Source: Candidatus Woesearchaeota archaeon (lineage in GTDB: Archaea; Nanobdellota; Nanobdellia; Pacearchaeales; GW2011-AR1). Taken from it: 64,000 nucleotides of DNA. The DNA lies in contig CAZNQS010000001.1 of assembly GCA_964575515.1 (NCBI GenBank), forward strand, positions 5,403 through 69,402, given 5' to 3'. Made by a program: the position numbers and the translations under genes. Positions 9,218 to 18,465 of this stretch are shown here, piece by piece (within the stretch, counting starts at the first letter, position 1; the number at the start of each line of letters is the position of its first letter). The notes beneath the pieces are model-generated. The model was not told where the DNA came from. It ran no database searches and saw only the letters and a program-made list of their open reading frames with translations.

Positions 9218-9505
9218 TTAGGAAAACATTTAGTTGCCCACGAATACTTGAAGGGGTTGGATTTTTAGTGCAATGCCCCAAAACTAAAATGAAAGTATAG
9301 TTAAACTTTAGTATGGCTATTATTAAACTATAGTTAAATAATAGTAAGATTTTTATGATGCTGATGGTGTAGCAACAGGGAGAGAAGTTCTTGTTTATAG
9401 AAAAGAAACATTTTAGTTTTAGACACCAATCTCTTTTTTATTATTTCTCAAATCTTCGATTTGACTATTGTTTAGCCAGAACCTCAAACTGAATAGAACA
9501 TAAAC

Positions 9506-9883
9506 TTAAATCTCCTCTTCCCCAATCTCGTCCAAATTCTCACTAAAACTCTTATTAGCCTTACTTTTCCCTTTAGAAACTTTGTCCTCCTTCACGCCCT
9601 TCTTAGAAACTTCAGAATTAACAACATTCTCTTTAGTTAGCTCGGCCAAACCTTCCATTAACTCATCTTCCTTAATAGAATTAATAGCCTCCTTAAAAGC
9701 CTTAAAATGTTCTACAGGGATTCTTGTTCCCGCCTTAGTAAATCCAGTATATCTCTCTCCCCTCACAAATTCCCTAATAGTTACCCCTCTTTTTCCCCCA
9801 AAATCATCAACCCTAATTATTATATCCGTATCAGCGTTCTTAGGAATTCTATCAATATCCTTTTCCATAATTTTCTTTAGCAA
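9506..9883 (-). CDS. PC4/Sub1-like ssDNA-binding domain protein (tentative)
   Basis: The segment IIIRVDDFGGKRGVTIREFVRGERYTGFTKAGTRIPVEHFKAFKEAI resembles the PC4 fold pattern. The C-terminal tail is acidic/basic. Confidence 0.4.
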   Translation of the reverse strand: MLKKIMEKDIDRIPKNADTDIIIRVDDFGGKRGVTIREFVRGERYTGFTKAGTRIPVEHFKAFKEAINSIKEDELMEGLAELTKENVVNSEVSKKGVKEDKVSKGKSKANKSFSENLDEIGEEEI

Positions 9884-10001
9884 GAAGGATATTTAAATAT
9901 TCTTATACTTCTTGATAATCCTTATTAGAAAGAATTAGAAAGGTCAATAACTATAATTAAATTAGGAAGGTATAGAATAAGAAAAATCACTAAATAATAA
10001 A

Positions 10002-10769
10002 ATGGCAAACTACGACATAATCGGCAATATTGCAATACTAAAATTCAATAAAAAAGTAAAATTAAAAGAAAAGAAAAAAATAGCAGAAAAATTCTTAAAA
10101 GAACATAAAAATATCTCAACAATATTGGAAAAAACAGGCAAGTTTTCAGGAAGATTAAGAAAGCAAAAAACAAGATACTTGGCAGGCGAAAAAACAAAAG
10201 AAGCATTGTACAAGGAAAATGATTGCATTTTTAGATTAGATATAGATTCGTGCTATTTTTCTCCGAGATTATCTTCAGAAAGAAAAGAAATCGCATCAAA
10301 GGTAAAAAAGGGAGAAAATATTTTAGTTCTGTTCGGAGGAGTAAGCCCGTATGCAATTGCAATAGCAAAACAAAAAAAAGCTAAAAATGTAATAAGCATA
10401 GAAATCAGTAAGGAATGCAACAAATACGCAAAAGAAAACGTAAAAAGAAACAATGTAAATGTAGGATTAATACGGGGAGATGTAAGAAAAGTCCTGCCAA
10501 AAAGAAAAGAAAAATTTGATAGAATTGTCATGCCGCGCCCAAATTTAAAAGATAGTTTTCTAGACGTTGTATTTCCCAAGGTAAAAAATGGGGGAATAAT
10601 CCATTATTACAGCTTTTACCAAGAAAAAGAAATAAATAAATTAATAGAACTAATAAATAAAGAAGCGAAAAAAGCGAGAAAGAAGATTAAAATTCTAAAG
10701 ATAAAAAAAGCAGGCGAAATCGCCCCATACAAATTCAGATACAGGGCTGATATAAAAGTATTAAATTGA
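10002..10769 (+). CDS. class I SAM-dependent tRNA methyltransferase, Trm5/Taw2 (Met-10+) family
   Basis: YDIIGNIAIL.., FRLDIDSCYFSPRLSSER, VLFGGVSPYAI and FDRIVMPRP. Confidence 0.72.
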   Translation: MANYDIIGNIAILKFNKKVKLKEKKKIAEKFLKEHKNISTILEKTGKFSGRLRKQKTRYLAGEKTKEALYKENDCIFRLDIDSCYFSPRLSSERKEIASKVKKGENILVLFGGVSPYAIAIAKQKKAKNVISIEISKECNKYAKENVKRNNVNVGLIRGDVRKVLPKRKEKFDRIVMPRPNLKDSFLDVVFPKVKNGGIIHYYSFYQEKEINKLIELINKEAKKARKKIKILKIKKAGEIAPYKFRYRADIKVLN

Positions 10770-10830
10770 TACTAACTATATAATAGTAACAATAGAAAGA
10801 TTTAAATACCTAAATATATATAATAAATTT

Positions 10831-11223
10831 ATGATAAAATCATTGATTTATGTAGGAGCGGGCGTACTTGCAATAGGATCAAGTCTAGGAATAAAAGAAA
10901 ATCTTAATCAAAGTAGCTATGAAACTCGACAAAATGCTCCACAAGTTAATAGAGTATTTGAATTAGAAGAAGAATTATTCAAACTTACTGGCGGGCTCAA
11001 AGGTAGAGAAGCCTTAGAAAGATATGTTAATGACTCTCAATTTAGGGATTCTTATACTTCTCTTACAAGCGAATATAATTCGCTTATTGAACAACCAAAT
11101 ATACATGAAGCTCGTTCAACTATAAATAGGGCTAATACTCTTGCTGAGCTTAACGGACTGCTTGCCGGGGCAGGACTTGTGCTAACTGTTCTTGGTTTAT
11201 GTGGCTATGGTAGGGAAAGATAA
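10831..11223 (+). CDS. hypothetical membrane protein
   Basis: TM segments at both termini. It is preceded by the 37-nt promoter module (10773-10808). Confidence 0.4.
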   Translation: MIKSLIYVGAGVLAIGSSLGIKENLNQSSYETRQNAPQVNRVFELEEELFKLTGGLKGREALERYVNDSQFRDSYTSLTSEYNSLIEQPNIHEARSTINRANTLAELNGLLAGAGLVLTVLGLCGYGRER

Positions 11224-11225
11224 AC

Positions 11226-11582
11226 ATGACAAAAACAATACCAAGATACCCAGAATTAGAAGAGGCAGTTGTAACTGCTTTGGCAGATTATCTTAATAAG
11301 AACGATGAATTATTCAATTTTATGACAGAAGGAGACAGAGAAACTGCAAAGGGTATAATCAGAGCCACTAACATTCTAGATGAAACTCCTGAAAGAATAA
11401 GGATTTTAGCATCATCCTCACCAGTCTATGCGAGCTATGGCTACGATATAAATGATAGTATAAGAAAAACAAAGTACAAGCTAGCTGTTATGCAGGCAAA
11501 AAGAAAAAATGGCTCAGAACATTTCGTCGCAGAAGGAATAGAAAAAAATACATGTGGCTGGTACATCACAAAAATAGAATAA
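11226..11582 (+). CDS. hypothetical protein
   Basis: 118-aa ORF starting 2 nt after the upstream gene. Confidence 0.4.
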   Translation: MTKTIPRYPELEEAVVTALADYLNKNDELFNFMTEGDRETAKGIIRATNILDETPERIRILASSSPVYASYGYDINDSIRKTKYKLAVMQAKRKNGSEHFVAEGIEKNTCGWYITKIE

Positions 11583-11587
11583 TTAAA

Positions 11588-12463
11588 TTAGTATTCAATA
11601 AAATATTTAGTCGCTGATAAAATCTTTCCATAAACAATTGGCTTTGTATTTTGACTACAAATTGCCTTAAATTTATATAAATACTCATCGCCTCTTTGTT
11701 TAGGTTTTCTTGTTGGGAAGATATCTACTTGCAATCTCCCAAGCTCCATTTGTGATAAAAAATCAAAATCCATGGATAAATTCATGCCCTCCATAGTTTG
11801 CGTTCTCTCTTCTAAAAGTGCTAAGAGTGTTGCAGGAACAAATGCTGCAGGCAATATTTTTGGTATGGTCCCATTGCTCTCCGCCCCCACGCAATTAAAA
11901 AATTCCTCTACATGCTCTTTTTCTAAAATATATCTTCTCGAAAATATGGGCCCGGCTATTTGAGGCATTTTATAATATTCTTTCCCAAGTCGTGTTGTAA
12001 CATCTATTACCCTCTCGCCCTTTACTGTCCCAACTGCCTTTAATTTTATTATATCATCACTCTTTTCATATCCTGTAATTTGCCAAAGTATTTGCTGCCC
12101 AGCATACACAGGCGCCTTAAAGCTGTTATCCTGCCCGATTATCCTTATATCTGCTCCCCAATACTTCCTCATATCTTCCACAACTCTCTCCACATATTGC
12201 TCACCATATGCGGCAAGGTGCGCGCCCATTAGAGGTATATCTTCAAATCCTAACTTCTTAGCCCTTTTTTGAATTCTATGTATTGGATTATTATCCCCTG
12301 TAACCCAACTAAACCCATCAATATCATCCCTCTTTGGCTTAATTTTCTCTCTTTCCTCTGCTAATGCCTTATTTATTTTTGTTTCTAAAGATTCATCTAT
12401 CGGCTTGGGCTCTACACCAAACAACTTTCCAATCTGTTCATTAATTCCCTCTAAAATCGTCAT
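11588..12463 (-). CDS. MaoC-like (R)-hydratase-motif protein, probable double hot-dog fold
   Basis: Complete hydratase-2 motif FSWVTGDNNPIHRIQKRA. The start is 1 nt after the stop of the ATPase gene. Confidence 0.6.
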   Translation of the reverse strand: MTILEGINEQIGKLFGVEPKPIDESLETKINKALAEEREKIKPKRDDIDGFSWVTGDNNPIHRIQKRAKKLGFEDIPLMGAHLAAYGEQYVERVVEDMRKYWGADIRIIGQDNSFKAPVYAGQQILWQITGYEKSDDIIKLKAVGTVKGERVIDVTTRLGKEYYKMPQIAGPIFSRRYILEKEHVEEFFNCVGAESNGTIPKILPAAFVPATLLALLEERTQTMEGMNLSMDFDFLSQMELGRLQVDIFPTRKPKQRGDEYLYKFKAICSQNTKPIVYGKILSATKYFIEY

Positions 12464-12464
12464 C

Positions 12465-14888
12465 TTACAATTTAATTTCTGCCCTTATCGCAGTAGGCGC
12501 CTCTCCTCCATGCCAAGTAAACCTGGGCCTTACTCTAACAGGATACAATCTCTCTGAATTATCATCTAAGATTACGGCAGAACCCTTCAAAGAAGGCAGC
12601 TCATCCATTTGCTGCTTAATATCCTCTAATAAATAAGTCTGCATAATATCATTTAACGCTTCGACATCTGGTTTTGAGGTAACTCTATGCGCTATAACTA
12701 TATCAGATTGAGTCATAACATCCTTATGAATCTGCCCTGGTTGTTGAGTCGCTAAAACTAAGGATATGCCCGGCTGCCTACCTTCTCTCAAAAGCTGCTT
12801 GAGGGCATCTGTTGCAGGTGTTACAGCATCTCTCGGTAAAAATTCTTGTGCCTCATCAATAAATATCCAAACCAATGGCTCTGCTCTCTCACTGCTATAA
12901 GACAAATAATCCTGTCCATGACGAATTGACTCCAATTCTTCCTCTTTGCGGGCGTCCATCCTAACTTTAAACAATTTTCTGGTAATAAGAGATATCACTA
13001 GCGCCCTGATATTATAAGCCCCGATAGAGCTGTAAACAGACACGTCAAGAACGCTGGTAGTTCCTGCCTTAATCAAGTCGGAGATTTCAGTCCCCTCTTT
13101 CTCTCTTGAAAATATCCCCCAATTATCTGCGGCGCTGAAAAGTGTTGAGGCTATCTCCTTTGTATTAGAATTTGCCTTTCTGTCATGCTCAATTGCCATT
13201 TGAATATCCTCTAAAGTGAAATTAACAAGTTTATCTCTCAATTCTGTAATCATTCTTTGTATCAAGACAGCAGGAAGCGAAGTCAAAGGAAGATTAAAAA
13301 GCGTAATCCAATCCTCTGCCTCTAACTCAGATATCTTTATTGCAAATGTGTCATCAACAGGGATATTTTTTTCCTTATACTCATCCACTTTCCCAAAAGG
13401 AACAAAAATCCTAACTGGCAAAGATTTAGTCCCCAACTGCCATTCTCTCAATAAGTCCTTATCCTTTTCGTTCTCATATTTCATTGTCCAGAATATTCCC
13501 ATTGTATCAAATATAAGAGAAGCGATGTTTCGCGATACTTCAAAAGGGAGATTAGCAAGTTCTTCGGCGATTACTCCTAATGTGTAACTTTTGCCGGAAT
13601 TATGTGAGATTATTCCATTTGCTATAAAAGAATGATTTTTCGGAACCATTAAATCATATACTTCTGCAATACCTTCTACTTCTGTAATATTTTTTATTCT
13701 TTTGCATACTAAATTTTCTCCAATATACCTTGTCTTTCTTCTTTTGGTATTATTGAATTTATGATTGTTTAATTTTTCTTGTTTTGACTTTATGATGAAA
13801 CCTATTTTCTTAAAATTATCTACTGATTGATTATCTGTGATAAATAATCTATAACTTTCAAATTCTTTTCCATCCAATTTTGATATTTTTTCTCTTATAC
13901 TAGACTCTATTTTGAAGTGACCTAATAATAGTTGCAAGCCTAATACAAATTCTTTAGATTTTGAGGAATATTCTATATATCTCCCTGTTTTTTCTATATA
14001 ACCATCACAACAGAACAAGGCATTTATAAAATTAGCTTTGAATTCATTTGAGCTTTTAAAAACAATTCTTGGTATTCTTATTATAGCACTTTTATTCCCT
14101 TTGGGAATATCCAAAGAAATAAATTTATTAATTATTCTTTGATCTAAAACCTGAACAACTTCACAATTACAATCATTTCTTTGATATCTCTTTGCATATG
14201 TGTCAAATTCATTTTCTAAATCTTCTTTTGCTTGCGAGAGAACTTCATTATCTGCATTAAATATTCTTATTCTAGCTTTTGTACCATTATACCAATAACC
14301 TTTACCATCCTTATACAATCCCTTCCTAATCGAAATATTACCATCAGCTAAAATATATCCTAAAAGCCTGGCTAGCCTCATACTTTCATTACCGCCCTTT
14401 ATTTCTGGCAGTTCTATTGGTAAGACTATCTTATCTCCAATCTTTAATTCTTTTGCCTTTCTCCAGAAATTATATTTTCCATATGAACTTAATAATGGAT
14501 GTTCTTTAGTCATAATTATTTCCCTGCCATCTTCAAATTCTATTTTAAAAAGTTTTTCATTTTCTATTGGATATTGTAAAAGTTTAGCATTTTCCCAATC
14601 AAATTCTTTGGTTTCTTTGTTAAATGAAAGAATTCTATCATTATTTTCATCAAATTCTTTAATTTTTTTATACCCTTTATCTGTAAATATAAGAGTTCCT
14701 CCTTCTAGACAACCCCTTTTTCCAGCAACTAAAACAACGTGGCTTCTCGCCACATCCATGTAAATCTTATTCGACAAAGAAGTATAATTCCCCATTTTCA
14801 CATATCCCTTACCAATGTAAATCAACCCTTTATCTCCAAACCTCTCTTTGTCAGAAGCATCTCTCCCTATTATTATGTCATATGTCAT
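12465..14888 (-). CDS. HerA/FtsK-superfamily (DUF87-like) ATPase interrupted by an intein
   Basis: The Walker A is split as VAGKRG|C..HN|SGKSYTLG. Walker B is WIFIDEAQEF, followed by LATQQPG and a C-terminal RPRFTWHGGE. The mature extein is 436 aa. Confidence 0.8.
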   Translation of the reverse strand: MTYDIIIGRDASDKERFGDKGLIYIGKGYVKMGNYTSLSNKIYMDVARSHVVLVAGKRGCLEGGTLIFTDKGYKKIKEFDENNDRILSFNKETKEFDWENAKLLQYPIENEKLFKIEFEDGREIIMTKEHPLLSSYGKYNFWRKAKELKIGDKIVLPIELPEIKGGNESMRLARLLGYILADGNISIRKGLYKDGKGYWYNGTKARIRIFNADNEVLSQAKEDLENEFDTYAKRYQRNDCNCEVVQVLDQRIINKFISLDIPKGNKSAIIRIPRIVFKSSNEFKANFINALFCCDGYIEKTGRYIEYSSKSKEFVLGLQLLLGHFKIESSIREKISKLDGKEFESYRLFITDNQSVDNFKKIGFIIKSKQEKLNNHKFNNTKRRKTRYIGENLVCKRIKNITEVEGIAEVYDLMVPKNHSFIANGIISHNSGKSYTLGVIAEELANLPFEVSRNIASLIFDTMGIFWTMKYENEKDKDLLREWQLGTKSLPVRIFVPFGKVDEYKEKNIPVDDTFAIKISELEAEDWITLFNLPLTSLPAVLIQRMITELRDKLVNFTLEDIQMAIEHDRKANSNTKEIASTLFSAADNWGIFSREKEGTEISDLIKAGTTSVLDVSVYSSIGAYNIRALVISLITRKLFKVRMDARKEEELESIRHGQDYLSYSSERAEPLVWIFIDEAQEFLPRDAVTPATDALKQLLREGRQPGISLVLATQQPGQIHKDVMTQSDIVIAHRVTSKPDVEALNDIMQTYLLEDIKQQMDELPSLKGSAVILDDNSERLYPVRVRPRFTWHGGEAPTAIRAEIKL
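13599..14711 (-). mobile_element. 371-aa intein with a LAGLIDADG homing-endonuclease domain, inserted in the P-loop
   Basis: Starts at Cys (CLEGGTLIF). Block B is TKEHPLL, the LAGLIDADG motifs are LLGYILADGNI and ALFCCDGYI, and it ends ..IISHN followed by a +1 Ser. Confidence 0.85.
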
Positions 14889-14992
14889 AAAATTAACTAT
14901 CTTTTTTAGTTATTAAGTTTATTGTCTCGGAGTTTATTGTTTCACTGCATTGTTTCACAAAGATTTTTAAACCAATAATATTTAAAAGTAAG

Positions 14993-16012
14993 ATGGAAAA
15001 AGAAAAAGCATCAATTAACAAAACTTCTATCAAGGATTCAAACGAAAAAGAATCAATCTCATCAAATACAGAAAAACAGGCGGAAAAAGGCAAAAGTCAC
15101 TTTACTAATTTCAGGGAAAATCCCTGGATGATCTCAACTCTTGTTTTAGCAGTTATTCTTATAGTGTTCGTCTTCTTCGCAACAACTAAAGGCATAACTG
15201 GAAACGCTGTATCAGAAACAGTTGCTGCAGAAAATTTAGTCTCGTTCATAAAAAGCCAAAGTCAGGGCCAAATAACAGACAATATAAATGTTATCTCAAC
15301 AGAAAAAGAGGGAAGCCTATATAAAGTTACATTAGACTATCAAGGGCAGAATATTCCAGTATATGTAAGTTTAGACGGAAAATATTTGGTTACAAATGTA
15401 ATTCCCCTTGATCCAAGCTTATTGCCAAATTCCCAGCAAGATCAACAAAATGACATCAAACCTCTAACAATTAATATAGCAGACAGCCCAAGCAAAGGCG
15501 AGGCAAGCGCCCCTGTAACAATTGTAGAATTCTCAGATTATCAATGCCCATTCTGCGCGAGATTCTTCACAGAAACTCTTCCCCTAATAGAAAAAAATTA
15601 CATTGATACAGGCAAAGTCAGGCTTGTTTACAAAGACTTTCCTCTAAGCAATATACATCCAGAAGCGCAAAAAGCAGCTGAAGCCGCCCGCTGTGTCAGA
15701 GAACAAAAAGGAGATGAGGCTTATTTCAAGATGCATGATTTGCTGTTTGAAAATCAGCAATCTCTAAGCATGGAAAATTATAAAAAATGGGCGAGAACAT
15801 TGGGAGTTGTCGGAACAAAATTCGATAATTGCCTAGAGGATGGCAAATACGCATCTGGTGTAAATGACGATTTAGAATATGGACAACAGCTTGGCGTCCA
15901 AGGAACGCCTGCTTTCTTTATTAATGGAAAATTAGTTTCTGGTGCGCAACCTTATTCTGTTTTTGAGCAGATTATTAATGCCGAGCTTTCTGGAACAGCA
16001 ACAAGTTTATAA
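14993..16012 (+). CDS. membrane-anchored DsbA-family thiol:disulfide oxidoreductase
   Basis: N-terminal TM and a thioredoxin-fold motif in SDYQCPFCARFF. Confidence 0.8.
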   Translation: MEKEKASINKTSIKDSNEKESISSNTEKQAEKGKSHFTNFRENPWMISTLVLAVILIVFVFFATTKGITGNAVSETVAAENLVSFIKSQSQGQITDNINVISTEKEGSLYKVTLDYQGQNIPVYVSLDGKYLVTNVIPLDPSLLPNSQQDQQNDIKPLTINIADSPSKGEASAPVTIVEFSDYQCPFCARFFTETLPLIEKNYIDTGKVRLVYKDFPLSNIHPEAQKAAEAARCVREQKGDEAYFKMHDLLFENQQSLSMENYKKWARTLGVVGTKFDNCLEDGKYASGVNDDLEYGQQLGVQGTPAFFINGKLVSGAQPYSVFEQIINAELSGTATSL

Positions 16013-16013
16013 T

Positions 16014-16205
16014 ATGAAAAATATTATTAGAGATAGAGAAAGTGGAAACAAGCTATCTTCTTATGATAATGAAACATTCTTGGAACTTGTTTTGCAGATG
16101 AGGGCTGTTGCTATTTGTGATAGGAGAATTAACGTAAGAGATAATTATTTGCCAGTGCCGAGATATGAATATATTGAAAATGAACCTTATAAACGCAATT
16201 CTTAA
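16014..16205 (+). CDS. small hypothetical protein
   Basis: 63-aa ORF from an ATG 2 nt after the dsbA-like stop. Confidence 0.3.
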   Translation: MKNIIRDRESGNKLSSYDNETFLELVLQMRAVAICDRRINVRDNYLPVPRYEYIENEPYKRNS

Positions 16206-16229
16206 ATACTAGTTTTGTTATAATGTTTT

Positions 16230-16841
16230 ATGCCACACACCCTTCCTAAATTAAACTATCCATACGACGCCTTAGAGCCTTACATAGACACAAAGACGAT
16301 GGAAATCCATCACACAAAGCATCATCAAGCCTACATAGACAAGCTAAATGCAGCTCTGGAAAAATATCCAGAACTTCAAAATAAAAAAGTAGAAGACTTA
16401 TTGAAAGATTTAAAAAAGATTCCAGAAGACATAAGAACAGCTGTAAGGAATCATGGCGGCGGGCATGCAAATCACTCTCTCTTCTGGCAGTTATTAAAGA
16501 AAAATGTTAAATTTGAAGGCAAAATTGCAGATGCAATAAACAAAGCATTTGGCTCTTTTGATTCATTCAAAGAAAAATTCTCAAATGCATCTATTGGCTT
16601 GTTTGGAAGCGGATGGGCATGGATTGTCCTGCACAATGGCAAGCTTGAAATCATGACAACACCAAATCAAGACTCTCCAATAAGCGAAGGAAAAATTCCT
16701 TTGCTAGGACTGGATTTGTGGGAGCACGCATTTTATCTTCGTTACATGAATAAGAAAGCAGATTATGTTGCGGCATTCTTCAATATCATCAACTGGGATA
16801 AAGTTGAGGAACTTTATCAAACTTCGATAAAGAAAAAATAA
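16230..16841 (+). CDS. sod: Fe/Mn superoxide dismutase
   Basis: [25 protein letters not shown], with DLWEHAFY near the C-terminus. Confidence 0.95.
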   Translation: MPHTLPKLNYPYDALEPYIDTKTMEIHHTKHHQAYIDKLNAALEKYPELQNKKVEDLLKDLKKIPEDIRTAVRNHGGGHANHSLFWQLLKKNVKFEGKIADAINKAFGSFDSFKEKFSNASIGLFGSGWAWIVLHNGKLEIMTTPNQDSPISEGKIPLLGLDLWEHAFYLRYMNKKADYVAAFFNIINWDKVEELYQTSIKKK

Positions 16842-17345
16842 CTATTCTTTAGCAATATTTTCTCCTATATTAAGTAGCTTTTGATATGTTGAGGCATCAA
16901 GAAAATATCCTTTTTCAGGCAGTCTTTTTAGCAGCTCTTTATATTTGCTTAAATTTATTATTTTTTTATCCAATAAAATTATTAATATTGATGTTGTTCT
17001 TATTGGTATTAGATTAAATATAGAACAGATATTAAAACCAATCTTTTCGTCGATTAATATAGTATCTATATCAAGTTCTTTACAAAGCGAGATACATTCT
17101 TTTTCTCCCTTGTCTAATCTTTCTATTTTTGCAATAGACTTTGGCTCTTTTACAATAATGAATTTTTCTTCTATAAATTTTTCTAGAGGCAGGACTTCAT
17201 TTTTTATTTGTTTTTTCCCTTCGGAAACTACTTCTTCGTATACGCCTCTTGAAATTATTACTTCATCGAATAAATTCTTAAGATAATGCAAGCCTCCAAT
17301 TTCAGATAAATGTATTAAAGGGGTTGAATCGGAAATAGCTTTCAT
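16842..17345 (-). CDS. PIN-like nuclease domain protein (DUF3368-like toxin candidate)
   Basis: MKAISDSTPLIHLSEIGGLHYL.. The ATG at 17345 overlaps the upstream stop as ATGA. Confidence 0.62.
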   Translation of the reverse strand: MKAISDSTPLIHLSEIGGLHYLKNLFDEVIISRGVYEEVVSEGKKQIKNEVLPLEKFIEEKFIIVKEPKSIAKIERLDKGEKECISLCKELDIDTILIDEKIGFNICSIFNLIPIRTTSILIILLDKKIINLSKYKELLKRLPEKGYFLDASTYQKLLNIGENIAKE

Positions 17346-17668
17346 TTTTTTGATAATTTTTTGATTATCTCCAAGTCTCTGTCTATATCCTCTGGTGTAA
17401 GGCCAACCCAATCAATTTTCTTTTCTTTTGTTATATCAAGCATTTCCAATATGGAAATGCCTGCTTCTTCTGCTGCCTTCCCTAAAGAAATTTTATGTGC
17501 AGTTAACTGCTCAAGAGCATTCTGTGTTCTCCATTCTTTTATTGCCTTGTCTAAGAGACGTCTTATAATCTCGCTTCTGTCTATGCGCCATTTCCTTTCT
17601 ACTTCGGCAAGCTCTTTTTCAAGTTCTTTACCTAGCCTTACTGATATTATGTCCGCCATTGTATACAT
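17342..17668 (-). CDS. RHH / UPF0175-like antitoxin candidate
   Basis: N-terminal ISVRLGKELEKEL (RHH-like), then ISLGKAAEEAGISILEMLD (UPF0175-like HTH). Confidence 0.6.
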   Translation of the reverse strand: MYTMADIISVRLGKELEKELAEVERKWRIDRSEIIRRLLDKAIKEWRTQNALEQLTAHKISLGKAAEEAGISILEMLDITKEKKIDWVGLTPEDIDRDLEIIKKLSKK

Positions 17669-17750
17669 TATATATAAATTGTATACTATTTAAGTTTTTC
17701 GATTTTATTTTTTGGCGTTCTATCCTTAATTACATAGAATAGCCCTAAAT

Positions 17751-18368
17751 TTATTTCAAAACAGCTTCTATAGAATCGGCTAGGAAATCTGCAAATTCAG
17801 GTTTGTAAAGCATAAGTTTTGTTGCTGGGTGTTGTAATGACAATAATAAGATTACACTTCTATCATATTCTGGTTCCTGTGCAATAAATCTTTCTATTTC
17901 TGGTTGTAATCTTTTTAACATTTCTTCTCCAAATCTTCCCTCTTTATTCAATGATAAATTCCCATTAGCCATTCCAAAAATAAGAGAGTTTTTAAAATAA
18001 GAACCTTGTCCAATTCCTTTACTTAATTCTTCTTGTATTTGTTCAGGAGTTTTCCTGTCAGCTAATAATTCCAAAGCAAGTATATCGCTGTCATATGGTT
18101 CAGCAGGATAACTTCCGCATTTTTCTCCTCTAGCTATCGCCCAAGTTTTTCCATTAAATTGGAATAATCCTGCATTTTCATAGCCCATATACCCAACTCT
18201 TGTTCTATGCCAATCAGAATCACTTGCAATTTCAGCCAACGCTCTATTAGCCAGAACAATCTGTTGAGGATTATGTCTTGCAGTTAATGTGGAATACGTG
18301 CTTTTCAATAATTCTCTTACATTTAATCCTTCAGTTTTCTCTCCCATAACCTTTGGCATAAATCCCAA
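17751..18368 (-). CDS. hypothetical protein
   Basis: 205-aa ORF with no recognised motif. Confidence 0.45.
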   Translation of the reverse strand: MGFMPKVMGEKTEGLNVRELLKSTYSTLTARHNPQQIVLANRALAEIASDSDWHRTRVGYMGYENAGLFQFNGKTWAIARGEKCGSYPAEPYDSDILALELLADRKTPEQIQEELSKGIGQGSYFKNSLIFGMANGNLSLNKEGRFGEEMLKRLQPEIERFIAQEPEYDRSVILLLSLQHPATKLMLYKPEFADFLADSIEAVLK

Positions 18369-18465
18369 CTTTAAAAAGATTTATATGCTACGTTAGTGTT
18401 GTTCTATCCTTAATTAGTTAGACTTAATATAAATATGGGATTTCTCTAATATAAATCGCGATTAA

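Noticed and set aside
9357-9375. A C/D-box sRNA suggested by atgatgctgatgg.
   Set aside because: The C-box match is imperfect, and there is no properly spaced D box or terminal stem within 50-70 nt.
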